From: a virus
Lineage: Duplodnaviria; Caudoviricetes
Length of the DNA stretch: 64,000 nt
Virus record (IMG/VR): IMGVR_UViG_3300037565_000048
Location: 5,201 to 69,200 of that record
Reading direction: 5' to 3' (one strand)
The notes under the pieces are model-generated. The model did not search any database. It worked only from the letters and a program-made list of their open reading frames with translations, and had not been told where the DNA came from. Made by a program: the position numbers and the translations under genes. Each line of letters starts with the position of its first letter. The first letter of the stretch is position 1. This document shows, one piece after another, positions 1 through 9,444 of this stretch.

Positions 1-2
1 GC

Positions 3-272
3 ATTAAAGACTCACTAGGTTATGACCACTTTCAAACCGTCAAAGCTATCCAGCGCAGATACAACTTGAAACCTGGTCGTATTACCCCCGAACAGTTTTT
101 TGATGCAGTCAACCGTCACGGCAAGCAAAAACGCCTCACAGAAGTACACAAGACGTATATTCCTACATGGGATGATCTTGACTGTGACGGAGACGTAGAT
201 GAACTATGCGACGCCTTTAATAAACGGTACGCTGAAGAAAACCAAAGTATCAACCACTCAATCTTTGTGTAA
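3..272 (+). CDS. hypothetical protein, 5'-truncated by window edge
   Basis: The frame of ORF 66..272 is open back to position 3 (IKDSLGYDHF...), so the real start lies outside the window. Confidence 0.6.
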   Translation: MKDSLGYDHFQTVKAIQRRYNLKPGRITPEQFFDAVNRHGKQKRLTEVHKTYIPTWDDLDCDGDVDELCDAFNKRYAEENQSINHSIFV

Positions 273-571
273 TGCACCCAATCATTAAACCCCGACGCGG
301 ATACAGCGTCACCGCAACAATGCGTTGGCCTCAAGGCCACACGCTGATCATCGTAGCCCAGCGAGTAAACCACAAGTACCTTGCAAAGGTACAGTTCATT
401 GAGCGTGACTGTGACCCGGTAAACCTCGGTGAGCACACCAACGTATGGCCGGCAATTACCGGTTGGTTTGCTCCATTGGTGCACCACTACGAGCAAGAAA
501 TCGGTGAGTACGCAGTACAGAGTATTGAGTACCGCAGACTAGGAACCAAAAAACTCCGGACCAATGAATGA
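272..571 (+). CDS. hypothetical protein
   Basis: 99-aa ORF; ATG overlaps the upstream stop (TAATG); tightly packed. Confidence 0.65.
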   Translation: MHPIIKPRRGYSVTATMRWPQGHTLIIVAQRVNHKYLAKVQFIERDCDPVNLGEHTNVWPAITGWFAPLVHHYEQEIGEYAVQSIEYRRLGTKKLRTNE

Positions 572-782
572 TACGATACTCAAGATGAGCAAGGCAAAGG
601 AATTTTGCCTTAGCTTTCTGTCAGAATTTCAACCACCGGAAGTTGCATTGAAAGTGATGATAGAGATGAGCGAGAAGGAAGCAGCTATGTACGGCAAGCA
701 ATTTCATCAACAGCTTATCTTTGTACGCCGGTGCCACCGGCAAATAATACGAGAACTCTATGCGAACTGTGAGAATCATTGA
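564..782 (+). CDS. hypothetical protein
   Basis: 72-aa ORF, 8-nt overlap with the previous gene. Confidence 0.55.
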   Translation: MNDTILKMSKAKEFCLSFLSEFQPPEVALKVMIEMSEKEAAMYGKQFHQQLIFVRRCHRQIIRELYANCENH

Positions 783-1119
783 CGGGTACGTCCAGCTTGA
801 TAACTGGCTGAAGGTAACGGGTGTTAAAAATGAGAAGGTAGTAAAGGCCTACCTTCTTATTTCAAACCCAGAAGCAGACTACAAAGTAGTTGATCGCAAG
901 ACTTGGGTATCTATCCGGACCCTTATTCAGCACAACGATATACTTGGCCGTGACTACTTGGCGCCAAAGGCAATGATTGAAATACTCAAGACTTTCCTAT
1001 ACTTTGGTCCGAGATCCAACTTCAACGCGCAAAACAAGTACATCCAAACGACTTACAATGCCCGATTCACACACGGAACCAAAAGGAGAACTTCAACTGT
1101 TCTATCAAATTTGGTTTGA
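760..1119 (+). CDS. hypothetical protein, possibly DNA-binding
   Basis: 119-aa ORF in a packed + strand run. Confidence 0.55.
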   Translation: MRTVRIIDGYVQLDNWLKVTGVKNEKVVKAYLLISNPEADYKVVDRKTWVSIRTLIQHNDILGRDYLAPKAMIEILKTFLYFGPRSNFNAQNKYIQTTYNARFTHGTKRRTSTVLSNLV

Positions 1120-1390
1120 GAATTACCCCCAGCGATGCGCGATAACCGGCCGTCAGCTATTCCAAATGGACGTTCGGTGCTTTGCCCATGTACTACCTAA
1201 AGGTGCATATCCGGAGTACCGGCTACTCAAGAAAAACATTTGGTTGATGCACCCGGATATACACCACCTTCAGCACTCACTTGGAAAAAGTGAACTAATC
1301 AAGATGTACCCTAAGTTTCAAGAATTTTTCGATCTACAAGATGAGCTTCGACAAACATACCCCTCGCTTTGTAGCGTTTCCGGACAGTAA
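1058..1390 (+). CDS. HNH-family endonuclease-like protein
   Basis: C-A-I-T-G ... FAHVLPKG ... NIWLMHPDIHH pattern typical of phage HNH nucleases; likely start is the ATG at 1058, in frame with ORF 977..1390. Confidence 0.6.
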   Translation: MPDSHTEPKGELQLFYQIWFENYPQRCAITGRQLFQMDVRCFAHVLPKGAYPEYRLLKKNIWLMHPDIHHLQHSLGKSELIKMYPKFQEFFDLQDELRQTYPSLCSVSGQ

Positions 1391-1598
1391 CTTGGTTCTT
1401 TGCTACAACGCGACACAGCGTGATCGTGACAGAGTGCGAAGAGACACGAAGTTGAATTGCGTTGACCCTACCACTGAAGTCCTGCAGTATTACCCGTCTC
1501 AAGATCGTATGACCAATATGGTCAACGCAGCATACCTACACACCGGGATCATCTTAAAGCAGGACGTAACTCACTTCAGCGTCACCCCTTGCAATTAA
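1341..1598 (+). CDS. hypothetical protein
   Basis: 85-aa ORF; start uncertain. Confidence 0.45.
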   Translation: MSFDKHTPRFVAFPDSNLVLCYNATQRDRDRVRRDTKLNCVDPTTEVLQYYPSQDRMTNMVNAAYLHTGIILKQDVTHFSVTPCN

Positions 1599-1601
1599 AA
1601 G

Positions 1602-1781
1602 ATGCTAAAGGTCAACCAATGGCACAGCGTAGTGATAGCTTCAGCAATGAAAGATTGGTTGTCAATCATCAACCTACACGTCGGACCAAAAGTGATTTGG
1701 AGCATTGGTGTAGCTAAAGAAAACTGCAAAGCCCCGAAGAATATCCAGCTACCTATTGAACTATTGCCGATCATTCTGTGA
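1602..1781 (+). CDS. small hypothetical protein (59 aa, below ORF-track cutoff)
   Basis: ATG at 1602 to TGA at 1779-1781 (MLKVNQWHSVV...LLPIIL); fills the gap before the terminator. Confidence 0.5.
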   Translation: MLKVNQWHSVVIASAMKDWLSIINLHVGPKVIWSIGVAKENCKAPKNIQLPIELLPIIL

Positions 1782-1797
1782 CCGGAAGTACCCGACC

Positions 1798-1828
1798 AAA
1801 AAAGGGGAGCCATTACGGTTCCCCTTTT
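1798..1828. terminator. bidirectional intrinsic terminator
   Basis: AAAAGGGGAGCC-ATTAC-GGTTCCCCTTTT hairpin with A/T tracts on both sides, between convergent gene blocks. Confidence 0.8.
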
Positions 1829-1853
1829 CTGTATTAACCCTTAACCTGGTTGA

Positions 1854-2651
1854 CTACTTACTGAAACTGACGTCAACCAACTCTGATGAAGATACGATTT
1901 CTCTAGTATCTTTCCTCCGAACGTGAGCCCGAATTTTGAACGTCTTGTAGAACGACGGAAGGTGACGTGTGGCCGGCTTATCGTATGCCTTGCTCAACGT
2001 AACCGGTTCCTGGTACAATTCCTCGCTGATTGGATCCATCCGGATATCAATTTCATTCATCTTACCGGTAGACTCAACCATAAGTTGAGCATAGAACTTG
2101 CTGTCTGTGCTAGTCAACGGTTCACCATTGACCGTGCACAAGCTTTCCACCACAACTGATTCACCAAGATTGTTGATGTCGATGCCAGCTTCAACCACCG
2201 GTTCCGGTTCCGTGTCCGGTTCAATGTAGATGTAGTACGATTCCGCACTACTCAAGAAACGGGCAAGCTTTGGATCCATACCTTGATCTATTCTACGCTC
2301 CATCGTCACCAACGATGCGTAGTTGACCACCAGGTACTTATCTTCTCCAATCTGTACCGTTCTGAAGATGTACTCAAATGTGTACTTCTTTGCTCCGGCA
2401 AACCCACGACAAACAATTCCTTCCTCGTTGATCTCAATGAAGTCAACGCGTGAAAGTACACGCTCAATCGTGTGATTCCGTTTGCCAGGACGTACATACA
2501 CTTGGTCCGGGTTGTACTGCACCTCACCGTCAACAATTTCAGCACCAATTGCTGTGGCCAACTGATAAGTCTTGTCGATGAAGAAATTGCGCACGTCGAA
2601 CGGACCACCATAATTCTGTGTGATCAGTTCATTCAATTGCTCTACTGTCAT
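1854..2651 (-). CDS. hypothetical protein
   Basis: 265-aa ORF, beta-rich, with an EPDTEPEP linker. Confidence 0.75.
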   Translation of the reverse strand: MTVEQLNELITQNYGGPFDVRNFFIDKTYQLATAIGAEIVDGEVQYNPDQVYVRPGKRNHTIERVLSRVDFIEINEEGIVCRGFAGAKKYTFEYIFRTVQIGEDKYLVVNYASLVTMERRIDQGMDPKLARFLSSAESYYIYIEPDTEPEPVVEAGIDINNLGESVVVESLCTVNGEPLTSTDSKFYAQLMVESTGKMNEIDIRMDPISEELYQEPVTLSKAYDKPATRHLPSFYKTFKIRAHVRRKDTREIVSSSELVDVSFSK

Positions 2652-3406
2652 AAGTTCACGATTTTGTGGAAGGCTGTTCTCGACGCGTAGCTTCCGGTTT
2701 TCTGAATGAAGTTGATGCGTAGCTGGTTGTAAGGCATTTCCGGGTTGTAGCTACCAACAATTTCTCCGGTTCCTACAGATAGGTTCGGCAGGGTGTTCGG
2801 ATCCGCGTTCAAGTTGATGAAACGACCGTTGGCCAAGTCAATCAAGCTTGAACCGTCAAGCGTCACCTTCTCTGATTTACGGTAGTCGAGTCTTGTGGCC
2901 GATACCAATTCGATATCCAGGTCATACCCTTCAACACCAATCTCATCAAACGGTTCTCCGCCAATGATCGAGACGTTTTCGTAGAGTCCTTCCCCTAGTT
3001 TACGAAGCCCGGCAAACACCGGATAGAAGTAACCGTCAATGATCGACTGAAATTGATAGCGTACTTCGAGCTCATCCACTTTATCGCCCCAACGACTCAA
3101 GATTGGAAGAGGCCAAATGTCCGCTACCTTTTGGATGATTTCATAGCCACCACCAAGGTCAACCAGCTTCACCGGTTTGTCACCTACAATCAGTTCCCAT
3201 TCGGTATCCGATACCTTTGTGATCTTCTTGACCTTGTTCAGAAGTGCAAACTGAATTGCATAGGTGTTTGATTTCTGTGTCCGAAGCAAAGGGCGTCGGC
3301 CACCTTGAGGTTGTGTACGGAAGATGCAAACTGTGTCATACAGTTCTGGCAACACGTCGTAGACAACCGGGTTGATGCCGTAGTCGGCAAGGTTTTCTAT
3401 TTCCAT
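2648..3406 (-). CDS. hypothetical protein
   Basis: 252-aa ORF, 4-nt overlap with the next gene. Confidence 0.75.
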   Translation of the reverse strand: MEIENLADYGINPVVYDVLPELYDTVCIFRTQPQGGRRPLLRTQKSNTYAIQFALLNKVKKITKVSDTEWELIVGDKPVKLVDLGGGYEIIQKVADIWPLPILSRWGDKVDELEVRYQFQSIIDGYFYPVFAGLRKLGEGLYENVSIIGGEPFDEIGVEGYDLDIELVSATRLDYRKSEKVTLDGSSLIDLANGRFINLNADPNTLPNLSVGTGEIVGSYNPEMPYNQLRINFIQKTGSYASRTAFHKIVNL

Positions 3407-3430
3407 TTCTGCATTTATAAGGATGAATTA

Positions 3431-3754
3431 TTACTTACTGCTTTCCTCTGTAGGAGAAATTTGCTTTGCCGAAGGGTAAAGCGTCGTTATGTACTGACGT
3501 ATTGTTTCAGCCCCTATGTTCTCGTCTCTACCCTCTTCTAACTGAAGATCAAATCGTCTTGTAGTCCAATGGATGCCCTCGCTAAAGGATATGTCAATCA
3601 TTGCAAGCATTCGACCGACAATGTAATTGACTCTTGTAACCTTGATGTAAGGGTTTTTCATTTCTAGTTCTTCTGTCAACAATACCTTGTCACCGGTAAT
3701 CTGCCAAACATATTCTTTTAATGGTGTCATATCAAAAATGATTTCGTAGTACAA
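3431..3754 (-). CDS. hypothetical protein
   Basis: 107-aa ORF; start uncertain (TTG 3754 or ATG ~3730). Confidence 0.6.
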   Translation of the reverse strand: MYYEIIFDMTPLKEYVWQITGDKVLLTEELEMKNPYIKVTRVNYIVGRMLAMIDISFSEGIHWTTRRFDLQLEEGRDENIGAETIRQYITTLYPSAKQISPTEESSK

Positions 3755-5120
3755 TAGTGGCCTGCAATGTATCGTATGTTTTCGCTACCCTGCTAAAATC
3801 TCGGCTGTTTCGTAGCTGATAAGCATTGTCCGTATTTACCAATTCATCTGTGTCTGAACACCAAATATTTGCTACCGTTCCTACATGACCGGTGATTTGG
3901 TTTCCTCGTTGCAATATGCTTCCGTTGCCATACCATGCTTCTTTTGGATTTAATACCGTTGATAGTTCTTGGATCGTTGGTATCCGATAGTCACTAAAAC
4001 CACCGTATGAAAAACCGTGAGCATTGTCCATTGCGTCTTCCCAATTTTCAAATGCCCCTATAGGTACAATAACCCACCCGTATCCGGTATAGTGGTCAAC
4101 CACGTAATACGCTAATGCAGTCGGATGATTTGTCGCCCAATCTGATGACCATTGATAAAGCCCTGTATCCGCTATACCGCCGACATTCGTGGTGTATCTG
4201 TTCTTGTTTCCATATACGTTGTTGTCAAGTAAAATGCCTCTTGGGTCCGGATCACTAAAGTCAAGACGTACAATACTGTCACCCGTTTGGTTGTCATCAT
4301 ACAGCCCTGCTTGAGCGTGAAATCCTACGTCACCATCCCTATAGGTGTCTATCTGACCATCCCATACCGCACGACGATAAATACGTCCGGTTGCGCCTCC
4401 TGCTGGTACCTCAATCTCAAGATCATTTGCTGTCTCTGTGAGAGTAATAGACGGTGTGTTACCGTCGGTATCAACTACTGTGATTGTGCTTGCCGGACGA
4501 TGGGCCGGTGTGCCGTTCACTGATACCTTATCAATCTCAAAGTCTCCGCCAGGGTTCGCGGAAATAGTATCAAGTATGCCCCCTAAACCATTCACGATGT
4601 CAAATGCTGACCACCCAGCATTGATAAGGATTGTCAATACGTTGTTGACGTCGCTGTAACTCAGTATTTGAGCGTTGTCAATGATGATTTGAGAAGGGGC
4701 ATCAACTTGATCGACTATTCCGTCTTGATCTTCAAGTGTAGTCGCTACCGGATCCACGACTTCCGGTGGAGGGCAGCACCCGGCAAACACGGAGCCATAC
4801 AGAACCGTGACGACGTTGTTGAACTTTGTAGTGAACGTGCTCTTCTCTGTCCGGACCTTCTTTGAACTCAAGGCCGTGTAAGTGTTGACTATGCCTTTAG
4901 CGTCAATCTCTGTCAACTCATCTACGCCAAACTCAAGGTTTTTTGATGTGTCGCTCTTGTCTTCAATGCGAAGAGTCCGGTTCTGCAGCTTGGTAATGGA
5001 TAGCTTGTCTGTTGATCGGAAAGCAACTCTCTCACCGCTGTCTGCAATTGTGAATATCACCAACTCTCTTTGAGTCAACTCTATCTTGCTGACTTGCTTA
5101 ATGTTGTTTCCCGATGCCAT
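3732..5120 (-). CDS. DUF1566/Lcl C-terminal (C-type lectin fold) domain protein, putative receptor-binding or adhesin
   Basis: C-terminal VVDHYTGYGW...NWEDAMDNA...GGFSDYRIPTIQELSTV...IWCSD...NAYQL pattern matches DUF1566; CCPPP hinge and beta-rich N-terminal part. Confidence 0.7.
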   Translation of the reverse strand: MASGNNIKQVSKIELTQRELVIFTIADSGERVAFRSTDKLSITKLQNRTLRIEDKSDTSKNLEFGVDELTEIDAKGIVNTYTALSSKKVRTEKSTFTTKFNNVVTVLYGSVFAGCCPPPEVVDPVATTLEDQDGIVDQVDAPSQIIIDNAQILSYSDVNNVLTILINAGWSAFDIVNGLGGILDTISANPGGDFEIDKVSVNGTPAHRPASTITVVDTDGNTPSITLTETANDLEIEVPAGGATGRIYRRAVWDGQIDTYRDGDVGFHAQAGLYDDNQTGDSIVRLDFSDPDPRGILLDNNVYGNKNRYTTNVGGIADTGLYQWSSDWATNHPTALAYYVVDHYTGYGWVIVPIGAFENWEDAMDNAHGFSYGGFSDYRIPTIQELSTVLNPKEAWYGNGSILQRGNQITGHVGTVANIWCSDTDELVNTDNAYQLRNSRDFSRVAKTYDTLQATIVLRNHF

Positions 5121-5132
5121 AGTGTAAAAATA

Positions 5133-5160
5133 AGAAAGCCCCTGCTATAAGCAAGGGCTC
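5133..5160 (-). terminator. intrinsic terminator
   Basis: Minus strand AGCCCTTGCT-TAT-AGCAGGGGCT followed by TTCTTATTTTT. Confidence 0.6.
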
Positions 5161-5179
5161 TCTTTTGAAGTGGTCTCTG

Positions 5180-6400
5180 TTAATCAACAACGTGAGGTGT
5201 GATGTCGAAGTCTTTAGGCAAGTAGTACATTGCCTCTTTGAACGTGCTAAAGACAGCACGGAACTCTTCAGTCATCTTCTGATCGTAGTTGTCTTCATCA
5301 ACATCCACAGCTTCAAACTTCTCGTAGATGTCAACGGCTTCCATGTCGTCGTACTCGTGCTCATTTCGAGGAATTGCCACTGCCTCTTCTTTCGGTGCGT
5401 CTGCTTCCGGATCTGGTGCACTCGACTCTTCTTTCGGTGCGTCTGCTTCCGGATCTGGTGCACTCGACTCTTCTTTCGGTGCGTCTGCTTCCGGCTGCTT
5501 CGGTGCGCTTGCATCGCCCTCTTCGATTCTTGAGTCGTATTCAGCAACCTTCATTTCAGCGTCACGCTCATTCTCTCCGCAATGTTCACAGTACATCTTG
5601 AAAGCAAACTGAAGAGTAAATCGGCCGGTGCGCTTGTTCCATTCTTCTGCCGGGAACCCAGCCCCCTTCATAATAGAACGGATGTCACCGCCCTTGAACT
5701 TCTTACTCAAGATCAAGCTTGCAAACTTGAGGTTGAATTTCTCAAAGGCATCTTTAGCCAAGTCTCCGTACTCGTCCTGGAACTCCTTGTACGTTTGTTT
5801 CTCGGTGTCACTCATATCTGATTGAACCGGCTCAAAAACCTTTGCCGTTTCTTCAGCGGACTTTTGTTCCACCTTCTCTTCAGCTTTCTCTTCCGGTTGG
5901 TCTTGAGTGTCTTTTTCGTGCATTGACAGCTTGTCCGGATTCAGCTTTCGCAAGTGCTCACGAGCTTCCGCTACGGCATCACCACCGGATACAACTTTGC
6001 TTCCATTGCTTTTGCCTAACAGCAATTTCTTAATGCTCTCCTTTTGTTCCATTGATGCGTCCATGCCAATCGACGCACAGCAACGCACAAAAGAATTGGT
6101 CTGTGCTGCTTTAATGGCCATTTCCGGATGTGCTGGGTCAACTACCGCGCTTCCGTAAATCATGCCCGTCTCATGGTTGTTGACTCCGGTACTCAAGATC
6201 AACGAGCAACCAATGGTCACTACCGTATCAAGCTTTCGAAGTTCAGAGTATTCAGTTGTCCAACCGCCTACGCCAAAAACGCTGTTGAGTCGATTGCGCA
6301 GTGCTTGTGCTTCAACTCCAACCCAAACCTCTTTGCCTTCCTTGAACACGTTAAGTTCCTCTTGAGGAAATGCCTCAATGAGTTTTGATAAATCGTTCAT
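5180..6400 (-). CDS. Rad52/Rad22-family (Sak-like) single-strand annealing recombinase with acidic C-terminal tail
   Basis: VEAQALRNRLNSVFGVGGW ... AIKAAQTNSFVRCCASIGM matches the Rad52/22 N-terminal domain. Confidence 0.75.
   Translation of the reverse strand: MNDLSKLIEAFPQEELNVFKEGKEVWVGVEAQALRNRLNSVFGVGGWTTEYSELRKLDTVVTIGCSLILSTGVNNHETGMIYGSAVVDPAHPEMAIKAAQTNSFVRCCASIGMDASMEQKESIKKLLLGKSNGSKVVSGGDAVAEAREHLRKLNPDKLSMHEKDTQDQPEEKAEEKVEQKSAEETAKVFEPVQSDMSDTEKQTYKEFQDEYGDLAKDAFEKFNLKFASLILSKKFKGGDIRSIMKGAGFPAEEWNKRTGRFTLQFAFKMYCEHCGENERDAEMKVAEYDSRIEEGDASAPKQPEADAPKEESSAPDPEADAPKEESSAPDPEADAPKEEAVAIPRNEHEYDDMEAVDIYEKFEAVDVDEDNYDQKMTEEFRAVFSTFKEAMYYLPKDFDITPHVVD
5384..5494. repeat. 42-bp tandem repeat (~2.6 copies) encoding EESSAPDPEADAPK
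   Basis: Unit ctcttctttcggtgcgtctgcttccggatctggtgcactcga starts at 5384, 5426 and 5468. Confidence 0.95.
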
Positions 6401-6410
6401 ACTTCAATGA

Positions 6411-7187
6411 TTAAAATGGGAGATCGTCGTCTTCTTCGTCTCCACCGTTCGTAAATGATGTTGCTTGATTAGCGTCAATCTTCTTGCCGTCTTCTGTACG
6501 TGGCAATTGATCGACTGTTTGTGCTTGCTGTTGTGGTGCTTCGCGCTTGTCCTTGAATTGCTCCTTGATTTCGCGCTCATCTGAAGATGCAGCTTTGACC
6601 TCTACACCATTCATGCTGTAGTCGGCCGGTAAGGAAATCATCGAGAACTCCTGGAATTTCTCTTGAAGCTTGTGGATGAAAAACTTCACCTGGGGAGATT
6701 TATCCCAAAGCACTTTGTTTCCAATTTCGTGACGCTCCCAACTTGGCGCTTCATCTTTGCCAAACTGACGATCAATCTTTTCACCACCTTGCTTCAAAGC
6801 AATGCCATAGTATTTCTTGTCATTGTCTGCTTCAAGAGCCCAGGCACGAAGTTCTGTAGGTAGATTAGGATTAAGACCATACAGACGGTTCATTACGTCA
6901 AGGCCATATCCACCCTCAGCTACTGTCTGAATGTTGAACTTGTCTTCGCCATCATCAACAATGATGTAAAAGGAGTCAGAATACTTTGAGTCATCTGCTT
7001 TCCGGATCCCGATTTCAATAACCTTTCCCACAATAGCATCGAAAAACTCTTCGTGTATTACTTTCCCGCTGTCCAATGTGCGTGACGTGGTGACGTCTTG
7101 GATAGGTTCTCGGTGGCGACGAGCAAATTGCCCGTTAAGAGTCTTGAGATAGATCATCCCCGACCCCGTGTTTTTAATTGCTGGCAT
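6411..7187 (-). CDS. putative single-stranded DNA-binding protein
   Basis: Acidic C-terminus EEDDDLPF typical of SSBs; next to the recombinase. Confidence 0.6.
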   Translation of the reverse strand: MPAIKNTGSGMIYLKTLNGQFARRHREPIQDVTTSRTLDSGKVIHEEFFDAIVGKVIEIGIRKADDSKYSDSFYIIVDDGEDKFNIQTVAEGGYGLDVMNRLYGLNPNLPTELRAWALEADNDKKYYGIALKQGGEKIDRQFGKDEAPSWERHEIGNKVLWDKSPQVKFFIHKLQEKFQEFSMISLPADYSMNGVEVKAASSDEREIKEQFKDKREAPQQQAQTVDQLPRTEDGKKIDANQATSFTNGGDEEDDDLPF

Positions 7188-7689
7188 AGTTGAATTTATT
7201 ATGATTTTGCATTAATGCGTAGTGACTAAGTAGAAGAGCGTCAAATTGATTCGCGTTACTGATTTTGATTTGCGGATACAAACTTTCGGCTCTGTGTCTG
7301 CGTCTATTCTTGTGTTGCTTCTTGTCTTCGTTTGACAGCTTCTGAAGATGGGCTATCTTCATCCATTGCGACGGTGTTTTCTCTTCAAAAGGAAGTCCGG
7401 CACAAAGGAGCATCGAAATTATATTTCCATAGTTCATCCCGAATTTGAATGTGCTTGATATGCCTTGACCCGGCATAGCACTCACTTTTTCGACTTGAGC
7501 AAAAATAGGAAATTTCATGTTGCGTGAAAGCTTACCGGTGCTCATTACACGGTCAATGATTTGCTTCAGCGTAAGTTTCTTGAACTCAAGAAATTCGTGT
7601 TTCTTGTAGAGGCCTTCGTCATCGACGTACAGTATGCAAACGCATCCCGAACTGCCTCCGGGATCAATCCCTATAGCTATCTTCATCAA
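7174..7689 (-). CDS. ruvC: RuvC-like Holliday junction resolvase
   Basis: IGIDPGGSSG ... VEKVSAMPGQGISSTFKFGMNYG ... DALLL phage RuvC motifs. Confidence 0.8.
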   Translation of the reverse strand: MMKIAIGIDPGGSSGCVCILYVDDEGLYKKHEFLEFKKLTLKQIIDRVMSTGKLSRNMKFPIFAQVEKVSAMPGQGISSTFKFGMNYGNIISMLLCAGLPFEEKTPSQWMKIAHLQKLSNEDKKQHKNRRRHRAESLYPQIKISNANQFDALLLSHYALMQNHNKFNYASN

Positions 7690-7966
7690 TCTTCAGATTT
7701 GTGGGTTCAACTTGTATGATTCTATTGTCTTGAGTGAGCACCAAAGCTACTGTGTAATTGGCGTGTACCGGATAATCTACTCCATTCACTTCTTGAACGG
7801 TAAAGCTAAAGGCCGTCGCCCAGCATTGAAAATACCCCTTCAATTCCACAACATCCATCAACGTCTCAATTTCATTCTCCTTTTCTTCGTCCAAAAAAAT
7901 ATCGAAGTCGATGTTCACCACCTTGTCTTCAAGGTAGAGCACCGGTTGTCCTGCTTCAATCTTCAT
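7664..7966 (-). CDS. hypothetical protein
   Basis: 100-aa ORF packed between neighbours. Confidence 0.6.
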   Translation of the reverse strand: MKIEAGQPVLYLEDKVVNIDFDIFLDEEKENEIETLMDVVELKGYFQCWATAFSFTVQEVNGVDYPVHANYTVALVLTQDNRIIQVEPTNLKIDEDSYRD

Positions 7967-9143
7967 CTTTCAAAGGTCTGATTTTTTCTACCATTCGTTT
8001 GATTTTCGACTTTGGTGGAACCGGGAAGCCCGCAAACGACAATCGACGACTCGATGTGTTGTAGCTGATCTTCTTGTCTTTTCCTAGACGGATAACGCTC
8101 AATCCCTTGACCCGCATTTCATCCAAAATCAAGTTCTTGAAATAGCTTTTCTCTTCGTCAAGAACCTTCATCATTTCGTGAGCGTACTGATAGCTTTTGG
8201 CCATCTTGTAGTGCTTCATGTTTCCGGAGACTTGCACACCGTTCTCTTGAATTGACTTCTTGATGTAGTCCTCGTATGCTTGTCCAGCTTGCACCGGTGG
8301 CTCAAGATTCACAATTGCTCCGTAGCACTCTTCAGCTTGCTTCCGGTTCCCGGCTATAAGCAACTGCTTGTACTCTTCAAAAAGCTTCCGCCCAGGTAGC
8401 ACTTGATTGTACCATACTTGTTTCGTCGTCTCAAGAAGAGTCTCCGCAAGTTCTGCGTCCAAAAGAATAGGGTGTATGCGTAGGTCACGGCCATCCTGCA
8501 GCACTACGATCTCGCTGTAGTAGCTTTCCGTGACAATCATTTGGCTGTGCACTTGAGCAATGTAGGACGGATCCATACCCGACTCCCATTGCTTGATTGA
8601 GTAATACCGCATTGCCTTACACTCAAGAGGGGCCGGTCCTTGAGTCTTGATGATTTCACCGTCTTCTGTGTGCATCCAATACCCACTTCTTGGATCAATC
8701 ATATTCTGCCCCGGCTCAATGTAGCTGTCCAAACTACAGAACAACCATGGGTACTTCTTATTCACCAAATAGTATTTGGCTTCACCTCGCTTCCGGATAC
8801 GATACTGCTCGTCACCCGTCTTGTCAAACTTGCTTTTGTTCAACGCGTATCCGCCTCTTTCCTCAAGGTCTTCAAACTCCCAGCAATTCAAAATGATTAG
8901 CTCCAAAGTGTGGCCCCAAAAGATTGCGTCATTCATAAATTCGCGGGGCTGTGTAATGCCAATCTTGTGATAGAACACCTCCGGAGCAACCGGTTCGTAT
9001 TTATCACGGCCGATAAACTTGCCGACCTCGCTGGCGCCAAAGCCACCTGCGTAACCTTGAGTACCCACGGTTCTGAATTTGAACCACTCTGGGCTATGCG
9101 TTTCAATGTGGTACTTCTCCCACTTTGACTTGTCATCAAACAT
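7956..9143 (-). CDS. YqaJ/lambda-exonuclease family recombination nuclease
   Basis: W..FR...GFGASEV, LFCSLD, LECK and YIAQVHSQM motifs. Confidence 0.85.
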   Translation of the reverse strand: MFDDKSKWEKYHIETHSPEWFKFRTVGTQGYAGGFGASEVGKFIGRDKYEPVAPEVFYHKIGITQPREFMNDAIFWGHTLELIILNCWEFEDLEERGGYALNKSKFDKTGDEQYRIRKRGEAKYYLVNKKYPWLFCSLDSYIEPGQNMIDPRSGYWMHTEDGEIIKTQGPAPLECKAMRYYSIKQWESGMDPSYIAQVHSQMIVTESYYSEIVVLQDGRDLRIHPILLDAELAETLLETTKQVWYNQVLPGRKLFEEYKQLLIAGNRKQAEECYGAIVNLEPPVQAGQAYEDYIKKSIQENGVQVSGNMKHYKMAKSYQYAHEMMKVLDEEKSYFKNLILDEMRVKGLSVIRLGKDKKISYNTSSRRLSFAGFPVPPKSKIKRMVEKIRPLKDED

Positions 9144-9444
9144 TCAATACAGATTTTATGTGTGATACTGCTTTCTTCATTCTTTTGGCGCTGTCAAAAT
9201 CTTTTGCTTGAACCATCTTCTTGTCTGTGACGTCGATGATATCCTCTAATGCGCTCTCGATTGCACTCAAGGTGGAGTAACTGCGCTCCGCAATAGCGTA
9301 CAGTTCGTTCAATGCTGCTTGAGTCTCTGACTCTTCCTTGGTCAGCTTCCGGTTCTTTGCAGTCATTTCCAATACCTTGTTCATTGGTTGGATCTTCTGC
9401 TTCCGGATACGCTCAAGGGCTTGGTAATCTTTAGAACGGCTCAT
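9136..9444 (-). CDS. hypothetical coiled-coil protein
   Basis: 102-aa ORF overlapping both neighbours. Confidence 0.6.
   Translation of the reverse strand: MSRSKDYQALERIRKQKIQPMNKVLEMTAKNRKLTKEESETQAALNELYAIAERSYSTLSAIESALEDIIDVTDKKMVQAKDFDSAKRMKKAVSHIKSVLNV

Noticed and set aside
3732-3900. Active diversity-generating retroelement
   Set aside because: No reverse transcriptase ORF and no second copy of the DUF1566 3' end noticed in the window.
5384-5494. CRISPR array (also 35872-36028 and 63507-63786)
   Set aside because: The first two are spacer-less in-frame coding tandem repeats; the third has only two copies separated by a gene; no cas genes.
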